Part shown: in pieces, positions 20,506 through 30,052 of the stretch | Position numbering within the stretch: the first letter of the stretch is position 1 | How the letters are laid out: each line of letters starts with the position of its first letter | NCBI GenBank assembly: GCA_964652005.1 | Contig: CAZYZL010000001.1 | Location: 1 to 49,494 of the forward strand | Length of the DNA stretch: 49,494 nt | Direction: 5' to 3' | From: an uncultured Dehalococcoidales bacterium | GTDB lineage: Bacteria > Chloroflexota > Dehalococcoidia > Dehalococcoidales > BS750m-G39 | Notes under the pieces: model-generated | What the model was told of the DNA's origin: nothing | The model's input: the letters and a program-made list of their open reading frames with translations, nothing else | Database searches by the model: none | Position numbers and translations under genes: made by a program

Positions 20506-21417
20506 TTAATCCGCATTTTCCCGAGCATCTTTTTGCGAAACTTCTGACCTTAATTTGATTTCCTCAGCAGTTCCTTCTCTAGCGTCTAGTATGAGAAGGC
20601 GGTTGCGGAGAGGTTTACCAACGCCAGTAATGATCTTGATTACCTCCTGGACCTGCCAAGCTGCAATCATTGTAGGGGTAGCAGAAGGATTGCCGGCTCC
20701 TACCTCAATGCCTCGCTCAGGAAGCTCGCCAGGGGGTCCATAAATGGAACGTAGCCCTTCATCTTCTGGGAAGATGGTCATAAGCTGCCCACTGAAACCG
20801 GCAATTGTTCCGTGAACAAAAGGGATTCTGAGGTTGCGGCAGGCTTCTTCAACCAGAAAACGCGAAGGCAAATTATCCAGACCATCAACCACTACCTGGG
20901 CATCCTTAAACAATTCGGGGGCATTCTCCTTGGTAATCTTTTCTACAACTGGGACGGCACTGGTTGCTGAATTTATCTTCTTAACCCTTCTCGCAGCGAC
21001 CACCGCCTTGTATTCACCTAGATGGCCTTCTGTAGACATTAACTGCCTATTTAAATCTTCTTCGGCAAAGCGGTCATGGTCAATGATGATAATGTGTCCT
21101 ATTCCCTGCCGAGCCAGGAGTTCAATTATGGTGCCGCCTAGCCCACCAGCCCCTATTACACCTACTACTGACCGCAATAGCTTTACCTCTCCTTCTCGAC
21201 CGATGGTACCCATGTTCCGGAGATAACGCCGAGGAATGACACCCTGTTCTAACGCCATGCTCTCTACCTCTTTAGTTGAGGTTCTGCTCTCCCGGGCGAT
21301 TAGTCTTGCTACTTTCAAACTAATAACAGGGTATTCTTTGCCGTCTGGAGCAACACATATTTCTTTAAATTTGTCAATAAACCGAATTACCTCTGTATCA
21401 GTAGCATCAGTCGCCAT
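20506..21417 (-). CDS. ThiF/MoeB/HesA-family E1-like adenylyltransferase
   Basis: A Rossmann motif VIGAGGLGGTIIELLARQGIGHIIIIDHDRFAEEDLNRQ. I see no CxxC pairs or active-site Cys in the C-terminal half. Confidence 0.8.
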   Translation of the reverse strand: MATDATDTEVIRFIDKFKEICVAPDGKEYPVISLKVARLIARESRTSTKEVESMALEQGVIPRRYLRNMGTIGREGEVKLLRSVVGVIGAGGLGGTIIELLARQGIGHIIIIDHDRFAEEDLNRQLMSTEGHLGEYKAVVAARRVKKINSATSAVPVVEKITKENAPELFKDAQVVVDGLDNLPSRFLVEEACRNLRIPFVHGTIAGFSGQLMTIFPEDEGLRSIYGPPGELPERGIEVGAGNPSATPTMIAAWQVQEVIKIITGVGKPLRNRLLILDAREGTAEEIKLRSEVSQKDARENAD

Positions 21418-21504
21418 CTGTTTTCCCTTCTATAATATCAACGAGAATCTGCTAACAGTTTACCACCTTACTAGTTGGGCTTCCATTCCATACCCTTGAC
21501 AATA

Positions 21505-21536
21505 GATGCACTCCCACGGTGCCGTGGGAGTGCATC
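21505..21536. other. Perfect 32-bp palindrome between the permease gene and the ThiF-like gene (terminator or operator)
   Basis: GATGCACTCCCACGG-TG-CCGTGGGAGTGCATC. No convincing T-tract on either strand. Confidence 0.6.
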
Positions 21537-21668
21537 TTGACCACCCTCAGCCATACTTTTTCCGCCCTACATCTTTAATCGCCTCTCCTTGCTAGAGAGG
21601 AACTAACTTTGGTTTTCCCCATCTTCTATATTCCTATCTCTTTCTTAGGCACCCCGTAAGCAGCCGAT

Positions 21669-23000
21669 TTATTCTCTCACTACCTTATTCTTGGCGTAAA
21701 ATTGCCAGATAATCCACGCAAGAAGAGCTACGCCTGCCGCAATTGATGCCCCTACGATAGCCACCGAGATATCAAAATAAATCGTATAGTACATTACTAT
21801 CCCGGTTCCAATAACCCCCAATATGGGCCCGATGGGCGCCTTGAATGGACCACCAGCGTAGAATGGTCTTTCCATATCTGGTCTCCTGTGCCTTAGAATT
21901 ATGGTATAGACGCAGATGGCCAGATAAGTTATGGTGAAGAGAAAGGCGTCCATCGCCGCTACCCACAGTGGTGATTTTGCTACTATAGTCAAAATTACTG
22001 TAAGGACGAATACTATAGATAAGGTGACCCACGGCGTCCTGAACCTGGGATGAAGATAACCAATAACCTTACCAAGATAGCCGTCGGCACCCAGTCCGTA
22101 TAGCACCCTTGATGTGCATGCCATCACCGCATTAAATGTGGCAAAGGTCGCTACTATAGTGCCTACACCGAATAAGATAAACCCGGCGGTGCCAAAGAAT
22201 GCCTGTCCAGCCATGACATGGGGGTATGTCGTAGCAAATGTTGCCTCGGCGCCTAGGGTTCCGGCGGCGGCGAATCCAATAAGAGCTTGAAGGACAAATA
22301 TGATTCCCAGGGCAACGAACATCGCTCTAGGAACATTCCTGGCAGGGTTTTTGATTTCCTCAATAAGCGGAGCCGGTGCCTCAACCATGGCATATAGCCA
22401 TATACCGACAATAAGCCATACCCCAACTGCCCCCCAGCCGGCAGGGGCGAATCCACCAAAGGTAGCAAGGCTGAACGGTTGAATGCCACCGCCTGCAAAC
22501 TGGACTATGGCACCTATGCCATAGATAGCGGTGAAGAGAACAGTCAGGACTACCTGAGTCCAGCCGACAATCACTATGCCCAGCATGTTAAGGACATAAA
22601 AGATGGCTATAAATATGAGGGTATACCACTGCCAGGCTATGACCGGCCAGAACATATTGGTGACCATGCCTATAACCATCGCCTCAGCTGCTAGCCCGGT
22701 GAAAACCATAAAATACATAATCCCTTGCCATATACCGCCGACAGGTCCCAGCGCCGCTCTAGCATACTCACCCATACTGGAAGCCCTTGGCATAGCCACA
22801 GCAAGTTCAGAAACACTTAGCGCGAACAGCCCCACTATAACACCAGCCCCAATCATTGACAGGAAGAACGCTGGACCGGCTTCGGCAAAACCGTAGCAGA
22901 CCATCATCAAGGTTGTTGAACATACAACCAGCCCGAGAGAAGCCGCCAGTGTCATTGGAAAACCCAAAACACCCTTCCTCAAGGTAACTGGTTCAACCAT
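21669..23000 (-). CDS. APC-superfamily amino acid or amine permease
   Basis: A 443-aa protein, roughly 12 TM segments by eye, with an APC-like glycine-rich N-terminal TM region. The SD is AAGGAGG. Confidence 0.75.
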   Translation of the reverse strand: MVEPVTLRKGVLGFPMTLAASLGLVVCSTTLMMVCYGFAEAGPAFFLSMIGAGVIVGLFALSVSELAVAMPRASSMGEYARAALGPVGGIWQGIMYFMVFTGLAAEAMVIGMVTNMFWPVIAWQWYTLIFIAIFYVLNMLGIVIVGWTQVVLTVLFTAIYGIGAIVQFAGGGIQPFSLATFGGFAPAGWGAVGVWLIVGIWLYAMVEAPAPLIEEIKNPARNVPRAMFVALGIIFVLQALIGFAAAGTLGAEATFATTYPHVMAGQAFFGTAGFILFGVGTIVATFATFNAVMACTSRVLYGLGADGYLGKVIGYLHPRFRTPWVTLSIVFVLTVILTIVAKSPLWVAAMDAFLFTITYLAICVYTIILRHRRPDMERPFYAGGPFKAPIGPILGVIGTGIVMYYTIYFDISVAIVGASIAAGVALLAWIIWQFYAKNKVVRE

Positions 23001-23066
23001 TTAATTAGCCTCCTTTCTAAAATTTTTATATAAAATAAAGCGGGCACCCCGCCTTATGTTACCTAT

Positions 23067-24461
23067 TTAACCCACCATGCCCTTTCTGACGATGTCCAGG
23101 AAGATGTCTACTGCTTTATTAAAGTGCTCCCTGGTGCACACCAACGGTGGCATAAAACGCATGACATTGCCATAGCGTCCACAAGGGAAGGCCAACACAC
23201 CCCGGTCACGCATCATCCACATGAGGTTACCTATCGCCATGCCGGAAACTGGTTTCCTGGTTGCCTTGTCTTGGACGAATTCCACCGCCAGCATAAAACC
23301 CCTGCCTCGAACCTCACCCATAATCCTACTGCCTTTGGCGAAATCGCTAAGCTTTTTCTTGATTTCCTCACCAACGATGGCTGCCCGCCCGATAAGGTCA
23401 TCATTCTTGTCCGTCATTATGTCGATATTAGCTAGTGCAGCAGCACAGGCTACGGCATTGGCAGTGAAGGTGAGCGGCTGAGTCAGTGGCTCAAGTTTAT
23501 CTGCCAGGTCGCGGCGGAGAGTTACGCCGGTTAGTGGCTGGTCGCCACCAACCCCTTTACCCCAAACCAATATATCAGGCTTAACATTATCCCATTCACA
23601 TGACCACATCTTGCCGGTGCGACCGAATCCAGCTTGAACCTCATCTACAACGAATAAGCAGCCGTTCTTGCGGCAGATTTCCTCAACCCTCCTGAGAAAC
23701 CCCGCTGGTGGGACAACATAGCCACCCTCACCAACTACGGGCTCGATGAAAACGGCAGCAACATCATTGGCCGCAGTATAGGGTGTGTTAAGCAGATAGT
23801 CCAGATAATCGGCAGCTTGTTCCCCGCACTCAGCCTCTGATGCTACTTTGAACGGCCAGCGGTAATAGTAGGGATACGGCGCGTGTATTATGTAAGGGGC
23901 TAAGGGTCCCCAGCCTTCACGATAGTGGTCACCTGTGGTCATTGCATTAGACCAGCCCCATACGCCGTGATAGGCTCCGTGAAAGGCAAGAATCTGAGTC
24001 CTCTTGGTGATGTAGCGGGCATATTTCACCGCTGTCTCCACTGCCCCACTACCACTAGCAGCATAGGCAGTGACGCAATTGCCACGCAAACCCTCGGGCA
24101 TGATTTCAGACAGCCTTTCGGATAGTCTCTGGTTCACGATGCCTACCATGTCAATGGTATGCATTACCCTTCTCGCCTGTCTACGGATAGCCGCAACCAC
24201 CTTCGGATGACACTGACCCACATTGTTGACAGCTATGCCACCAGTCATATTAATCATGATATTACCATCGGGGTCTTTCACCGTTGCTCCACGAGCTTCC
24301 TGCCAGACAAAAGGCAACCCCATTCCGCCGACACGGGTGGGTGTTTGAAACTTTAACGACTTATCATATATCTTTTGCCCCTTTGGGCCCGGCACCTTCG
24401 CGGTAACTATTTTTGGTGCCTCTGGATACGAAAGCTTAGCCAGTTCCTCCTCAGAAATCAT
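23067..24461 (-). CDS. Class-III (omega) PLP-dependent aminotransferase
   Basis: AFHGAYHG, DEVQAGFGRTGKMW and WGKGVGG (PLP lysine) are present. I prefer the start at MISEEEL (ATG at 24461, SD AAGGAG 8 nt upstream) over the tracked 24500. Confidence 0.85.
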   Translation of the reverse strand: MISEEELAKLSYPEAPKIVTAKVPGPKGQKIYDKSLKFQTPTRVGGMGLPFVWQEARGATVKDPDGNIMINMTGGIAVNNVGQCHPKVVAAIRRQARRVMHTIDMVGIVNQRLSERLSEIMPEGLRGNCVTAYAASGSGAVETAVKYARYITKRTQILAFHGAYHGVWGWSNAMTTGDHYREGWGPLAPYIIHAPYPYYYRWPFKVASEAECGEQAADYLDYLLNTPYTAANDVAAVFIEPVVGEGGYVVPPAGFLRRVEEICRKNGCLFVVDEVQAGFGRTGKMWSCEWDNVKPDILVWGKGVGGDQPLTGVTLRRDLADKLEPLTQPLTFTANAVACAAALANIDIMTDKNDDLIGRAAIVGEEIKKKLSDFAKGSRIMGEVRGRGFMLAVEFVQDKATRKPVSGMAIGNLMWMMRDRGVLAFPCGRYGNVMRFMPPLVCTREHFNKAVDIFLDIVRKGMVG

Positions 24462-24556
24462 ATTTTCGTCTCCTTCCCAATCTTCAGTCCGGTTCAGCAT
24501 CAGCTGACTAAACCATAAAAATCACCTCCCTGCCTAAACAGTTAGATTGGTATAAC

Positions 24557-25669
24557 TCATAATAAAGCCTCAAATGATGCACATTCTAATCCCAAGGAAT
24601 CAGCTACCGGCTTATTGGTTACCTTCCCCTTGCATACATTGAGCCCTTTACACAATGAACTATCAGACCTCAGTGCTTTTTGGTAACCAAAATTAGCTAG
24701 CTTCAACGCATACGGGAAAGTAGCACTGGTCAAAGCAAATGTTGAGGTTCGGGCAACAGCACTGGGCATGTTAGCCACGCAATAGTGAATCACACCATCA
24801 ACTACAAAAGTTGGGTTATCAAAGCTAGTAGGAACAGTGGTCTCAATGCAACCCCCTTGGTCAACCGCCACATCTACTACTACCGAGCCCTTTCTCATCT
24901 TTGAAATCGTATCTCTGGTTACCAACCGGGGTGCCCTAGCTCCTGGTATCAATACAGACCCCACCACTAAATCAGCATTGACTACAGCAGACTCAATGTT
25001 GCTGCTATTTGACACCAAGGCAGTGAGATTATTACCAAAAATATCTTTTAGGTACCTCAATCTATTCAGGTCTATATCTAGGATAGTTACACTGGCACCC
25101 ATACCTAAGGCTACCCTGGCTGCATTGGTGCCTACAGTTCCAGCACCAATGATGGCCACCTTGCCAGCCTCGGTGCCTGGGACTCCACCCAATAAAACCC
25201 CGCTACCACCATTTTCCTTTTGTAGATAGTGGGCACCGACCTGAATAGACATCTTACCGGCAATCTCGCTCATAGGAGTCAATAGCGGTAAAGAGCCATC
25301 TTCTAGCTGAACTGTCTCATAGGCCACAGCTATTATTTTACACTTTAACAGGGCTTGGGTAAGCTCCGGTGCCGGTGCCAGGTGTAAATAGGTAAATAAT
25401 ACCTGCTCCTCGTGTAGCAAACCGTATTCCTGAGGAAGGGGCTCTTTCACCTTTACAATCATCTTAGCTTCGTTAAAGATATCTGGGGCAGATTTTCTAA
25501 TCTCCGCCCCAGCTTGAATGTAGTCTTTATCGGATATGCCACTTCCCTCACCAGCTGACCTTTGCACCACCACCTTGTGCCCGTGTTCCACGAGGGTTCT
25601 CACGACAGCGGGAACTATCGCTACCCGATACTCGTTATTCTTTACTTCTTTCGGTACTCCAATAATCAA
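24557..25669 (-). CDS. ald: Alanine dehydrogenase
   Basis: MIIGVPKEVKNNEYRVAIVP..., the NAD motif IIGAGTVGTNAA, and ...YCVANMP. The protein is 370 aa. The start is TTG. Confidence 0.9.
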   Translation of the reverse strand: MIIGVPKEVKNNEYRVAIVPAVVRTLVEHGHKVVVQRSAGEGSGISDKDYIQAGAEIRKSAPDIFNEAKMIVKVKEPLPQEYGLLHEEQVLFTYLHLAPAPELTQALLKCKIIAVAYETVQLEDGSLPLLTPMSEIAGKMSIQVGAHYLQKENGGSGVLLGGVPGTEAGKVAIIGAGTVGTNAARVALGMGASVTILDIDLNRLRYLKDIFGNNLTALVSNSSNIESAVVNADLVVGSVLIPGARAPRLVTRDTISKMRKGSVVVDVAVDQGGCIETTVPTSFDNPTFVVDGVIHYCVANMPSAVARTSTFALTSATFPYALKLANFGYQKALRSDSSLCKGLNVCKGKVTNKPVADSLGLECASFEALL

Positions 25670-25700
25670 GCTTCTTTCCTTTTACTATCACTGCTCTCCA

Positions 25701-27404
25701 TCACCCCTTCAAAAGCCCCTGCTCCTTCATCTTCTTAATCTCCTCTTCCCTTAGTGCCCGCTTGAAGATTTTCTCGGTCACCGTTAAAGGTAAATCGTCC
25801 CTGAACTCCACAAATTTGGGGACAGCCACCGGTTCAAGCTCACGCTTGCAATGCTCAATTATGTCCTCGGCTGTCACCTTGCCTTTATACCCTTCCTTTA
25901 ATTTAATAAAGGCCTTCACCCTTTCGCTTCCTGGAATTTCGGGGTCAGGGATGCCAATGGCGCAACCTATGGCAACTGCCGGGTGCTTGAATAGAACATC
26001 ATCTACCACGATGGTGTAGACCTTAAGCCCAGAAACATTTACCATATCCTTGATTCGGTCTTCAAGGTAAAAGTAACCATCCTCCTCCATTCTTCCGATG
26101 TCACCGGTGCGAAGCCAGCCATCCACCAGACCGTTACCAGGCGTAGGCCAGTATCCCTTCATCAGTTGCGGACCACGAACCCATATTTCACCGGTTTCAC
26201 CGAAAGGAACCTCCTCACCTGTCTCTGGGTCAACCAACTTGCAATCGGTATCAGGGATTGGTACCCCAAGGCTGCCGGGTTTTAGAGCCGGGGCAAATCC
26301 GGTAATCTTGGAAAATGCTATGAGATTCATGTGAGTAAGCGGGCTGGTTTCGGTTAAACCATATGCCTCTGACACCGGCATACCAACCTCTGCCAGGAGT
26401 GCGTCAGAAAGCACTCGGGGAAGGGGTGCAGTGCCAGAAAGGAGCATGCTTTGCATCCTACCAACCTTCCTGTCGACCAGACGCATGTACTGGGTAGGAA
26501 CACAACAAATCAGGTAAGGACGATGTTCCCTCATGAGCTCCATAATCGTATCCGTATCCCTTGGGTCTGGAACCAGTATGTTTCGCATCCCCCAATAGAC
26601 AGATGTTTCACTCGCCCAATATCCATAGGCATGGGATAAGGGAATAGCTACCAGTACAGACACCTTACCTACCACTCCTAGTTTCAACGGCGTTAACATC
26701 CACGGGACTGACTGCAGAATATTAGTCATTCTATTGAAATGGGTTAGCATTACGCCTTTAGGCACGCCTGTGGCACCACCGGTAAAGTTAAGATAAGCCA
26801 AATCCTCCATTGGGTCAATTTCCACCTCGGGGGGATTAGCCTCGTGCTCTTCTATCAATCTCTTAAATTGATAGGCGCCTGGTACCTCCCTTACTTCTGG
26901 CGGCTTTAGGGTATAGTCTTCGGTTGATGTCACTATTACATTCTTAATCTTTACCTTGGGCTTTAGTGAGTTAACCAGGTCAAGGGATGCTTCTGAGCAG
27001 ATTACCGTCTCAGCCCCAGCTGCAGTGAGTTCGTATTCCAGCTCCGGAGCCTTAATGGTAAAGGCTATAGGAACAAAGACCGCACCTGTCTTTAATACCG
27101 CGAAATCGCTTATGATGAATTGGGGAAGGTTGGGCAGAATTACCGCCACCTTGTCGCCTTTCTTTATACCTAGGTCCGCCAGAGCAGTGGCTAGCTTATC
27201 TACCACCACCTTCAACTCAGGGAACCTTATTTCCCATCCCCGGAAAAGAATAGCCACTCTACCGGGATAATTGACAGCGGCGTCATCCAGAACCTTAAAC
27301 AAAGGCACCTTTGGGTATGGCTCTAAAGTTTGTGCCAATTTCCATGGCCCTAACATATAACTCTTAAGCCACGGCTTATCGGCATAACTTGCCCTCTCCG
27401 CCAT
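25701..27404 (-). CDS. AMP-forming acyl-CoA ligase (adenylate-forming superfamily)
   Basis: FTGGATGVPKGVMLTH (AMP-binding motif), YGLTET, and TGDIGRMEEDGYFYLEDRIKD. Confidence 0.85.
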   Translation of the reverse strand: MAERASYADKPWLKSYMLGPWKLAQTLEPYPKVPLFKVLDDAAVNYPGRVAILFRGWEIRFPELKVVVDKLATALADLGIKKGDKVAVILPNLPQFIISDFAVLKTGAVFVPIAFTIKAPELEYELTAAGAETVICSEASLDLVNSLKPKVKIKNVIVTSTEDYTLKPPEVREVPGAYQFKRLIEEHEANPPEVEIDPMEDLAYLNFTGGATGVPKGVMLTHFNRMTNILQSVPWMLTPLKLGVVGKVSVLVAIPLSHAYGYWASETSVYWGMRNILVPDPRDTDTIMELMREHRPYLICCVPTQYMRLVDRKVGRMQSMLLSGTAPLPRVLSDALLAEVGMPVSEAYGLTETSPLTHMNLIAFSKITGFAPALKPGSLGVPIPDTDCKLVDPETGEEVPFGETGEIWVRGPQLMKGYWPTPGNGLVDGWLRTGDIGRMEEDGYFYLEDRIKDMVNVSGLKVYTIVVDDVLFKHPAVAIGCAIGIPDPEIPGSERVKAFIKLKEGYKGKVTAEDIIEHCKRELEPVAVPKFVEFRDDLPLTVTEKIFKRALREEEIKKMKEQGLLKG

Positions 27405-27463
27405 GCGGCTCTCCTTTCTGAGGCCAGAGATAATAACTATGACGTTATTTCACACTATTAGCC

Positions 27464-29326
27464 TTACATACCCTTGATTACATCTGCTAACCCTAATTCT
27501 CTTAGTTTTTTCGCCGTTGGCTTGCCGGTCTTCTTGTCCCATCCTCGTATTTCATAGTACGGGTCTAAGAGTTTTGCCAGGTTATTTACATGACCCTTGG
27601 CTGGACCTTCAGGCAGCGGCTCCTCCAACAGGCGCTTGGGCAGGGTATCATCAGCTCTGGTCATTCCCTCTCTCATGTTGAACACCCTGGCTAAGTTAAA
27701 AACCCTTTCGCCAGCCTTCCAAAGGTCTTCTTTACCAAATTTCCAGCCAGTAGCACCTGCTATGGTAGCTGCCACTCCATCAGCATCCAGACACAGACCC
27801 ATGAATTTGCATGCCCCAGCGGCATCAATAGCAGTAAGCGCATCCTCTAGGTCTTTGACAACCTTGGCTTCCGCCGGGTCTTCCTTGAACACGTCCTTAA
27901 TGGTACTTTCCTCAACGATAAGGAAGGGCATACCGAAGAAAGTTGGTCCCTGGACAAAGGCTGTTATATGGTCGCCGCCACGATTGGCAGTAGCAAAGGC
28001 TAGCCCGGTTATCTTAGCTGCTCTAGAATCATAGCAGGGGAGCTCTAGACCCTTGACATGCATGGCGAAAGCCTCTGAGCCCTTGCCAATTTTCTCCGCC
28101 ATCCTCTTTACTCCCTCAGCCAGAAAATTACCAAAGCCTTCCCTCTTTCCAATTTTCTCTGCCAGTTCAACTATCAACGCCGGACGACCAAACCCAAGCT
28201 CTATTCCTCCGGTATCTTTTTTGGTCAATAGCCCCTTCTCATAGCATTCTGTAGCGAAGGCTATGCAACTACCAGTGGAGATAGTATCAAGCCCTAGTTC
28301 ATTGCAGAAGTAATTAGCGGCAGAGATGGCGGCAATATCTGTGACCACATTCATACCACCAAGAGCCCCGATAGTTTCATATTCTGGGCCCTCACCACTT
28401 CGACCGGCGTATACCCCTTTCTCAATTCTAGTCAACCTCCCGCACCTGATGGGACAGGCAAAGCAAGGCTTGGTGTCATAGAGAAGTCCGCCCTCACCAC
28501 AAAGTGCCGTTGAATTTATTTTGTCTACTTCTGGGAAGACACCAGTTTGCCAATTTCTAGTGGGGAACCCACCTCGCACATTCACCACATCGACACCAAA
28601 GCTAGTTCCATATGCGGTAAATCCAACCTTCATGGCAGAAGAATCAACGATGTCATATTGCTTTCTTGTCGCCTCTAGGAAGAGATTCGCATTGCCAATC
28701 TTGGGTCTCTTTGTTCCCTTTACCGCGACAGCCTTGACCCGCTTTGAACCCATCACTGCTCCTCCGCCACACCTTCCAGCGGCTCGATGCTCATCGTTCA
28801 TAACCGAAGCATATCTAACCATGTTCTCACCAGCTGGTCCAATACAGAGAACACTATAATCTTTGCCCAGCTTTCCTTTAATCAATCTTGTAGTTTCCAT
28901 AACGTTTTTGCCCCAGATAAATGATGCGTCTTGGAGCTCAGCCTTATCGTCTTCAACTACAAGATAAACCGGCTTTGGTGAGATACCCTGAAAAATGATG
29001 CCGTCAAACCCGGTTTTCTTGAACTCTGATGCCCAAAAGCCACCGGAATTTGCGTTTCCCCAGCCGTTGGTTAGAGGAGACTTACAGGTTACATTATACC
29101 TTGAACCACTTGGCGAAGCCAACCCAGTCAGAGGTCCAGTCATGATTATAGCTTCATTTTCTGGACCTAATGGGTCAGCTCCCTTTGGCACTTCATCATA
29201 GAGATACCTGGTTGCTAGCCCACTGCCACCCAAGAAATTCCTAGCCTTAGCTTCGGGGATATCCTCCACCGTAACCTTGGACTTTGACAAGTCCACCCTT
29301 ATGATTTTCCCCCATAATCCAAACAC
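27464..29326 (-). CDS. aor: Aldehyde:ferredoxin oxidoreductase (tungstopterin AOR family)
   Basis: A 620-aa protein with an AOR-type N-terminus WGKIIRVDLS, the [4Fe-4S] motif CFACPIRC, and EYETIGALG. The start is GTG with SD GGGGG. Confidence 0.9.
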   Translation of the reverse strand: MFGLWGKIIRVDLSKSKVTVEDIPEAKARNFLGGSGLATRYLYDEVPKGADPLGPENEAIIMTGPLTGLASPSGSRYNVTCKSPLTNGWGNANSGGFWASEFKKTGFDGIIFQGISPKPVYLVVEDDKAELQDASFIWGKNVMETTRLIKGKLGKDYSVLCIGPAGENMVRYASVMNDEHRAAGRCGGGAVMGSKRVKAVAVKGTKRPKIGNANLFLEATRKQYDIVDSSAMKVGFTAYGTSFGVDVVNVRGGFPTRNWQTGVFPEVDKINSTALCGEGGLLYDTKPCFACPIRCGRLTRIEKGVYAGRSGEGPEYETIGALGGMNVVTDIAAISAANYFCNELGLDTISTGSCIAFATECYEKGLLTKKDTGGIELGFGRPALIVELAEKIGKREGFGNFLAEGVKRMAEKIGKGSEAFAMHVKGLELPCYDSRAAKITGLAFATANRGGDHITAFVQGPTFFGMPFLIVEESTIKDVFKEDPAEAKVVKDLEDALTAIDAAGACKFMGLCLDADGVAATIAGATGWKFGKEDLWKAGERVFNLARVFNMREGMTRADDTLPKRLLEEPLPEGPAKGHVNNLAKLLDPYYEIRGWDKKTGKPTAKKLRELGLADVIKGM

Positions 29327-30052
29327 TTTAGCCCCCTTTCATATCTTACTAATGGAAAAAACCTTCTATGCGAGAGACCAATTGCTAACTATCTCCCGCA
29401 TCTTGATCTTGCCCCTTGCTACTTCAAGACTATCACCTCCCCGTCAGTTGCTCTATCTGCTCCTTGAGCCCCTTTCCGAAACTATAGAATAGCCCGCTAC
29501 GAAGCACTTCTTCAGTATTTTTATCACCGGTGGTTACACTACCATAATTTGGACGCTCTCGAGTTCTCTGAACATTTCTCTGGCTACTAACAGGGTTTCA
29601 TTTAATGGCAACCAACTTGAGTGGACGTCTTCCGAGCAATCTAACTCATAGAAGTTAAAGGGACAAAAACCACCTCCCATTGGCTATCTCCCTGATCAGG
29701 TCTTGAATACCTGACCACATCTATCTCGTGCGATATCAGATAAGATACGAGAGTAAACCTGTCCGATAAAACAATCGTTCTTTTGGGTGTCAAACTGCAT
29801 CTTAAACGCGGCGCTTGACCTAGAGTAGGCACCTCCAGAACTTCTTAACCTATTTTAGCCAAAAAGAGAACACCTGAATCGCATTTCTACTATGGCGTAT
29901 TTTACATAGAAGTCTAAACCAACTCGTAATGAGTGTCAATACCTAAAATGAGTGACTTTCTAGGCTTGAGAAAGGAGACTGTAGTGCAAATTTAGTATAC
30001 ACTGTGGTATAATAACATCGTAGTACAATACATATACATTACGGTAAGATGT

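Noticed and set aside
23038-23055. Short hairpin GCGGG-CAC-CCCGC with an A/T-rich flank between the aminotransferase and permease genes, considered as an internal terminator or attenuator
   Set aside because: The stem is only 5 bp, which is too weak to call. It may slightly modulate read-through, but I would not annotate it without 3'-end data.
24521-24535. Strong SD (GGGAGGTGA) followed by ATG-GTT-TAG, a two-codon mini-ORF upstream of the aminotransferase
   Set aside because: It is probably a chance arrangement in the ald-aminotransferase spacer. The aminotransferase has its own good SD at the internal ATG (24461), and there is no evidence of leader-peptide regulation.
29641-29832. 63-aa minus-strand ORF in the aor-LuxR spacer
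   Set aside because: It has no SD and no recognisable motif, and it lies in an AT-rich non-coding-looking region.
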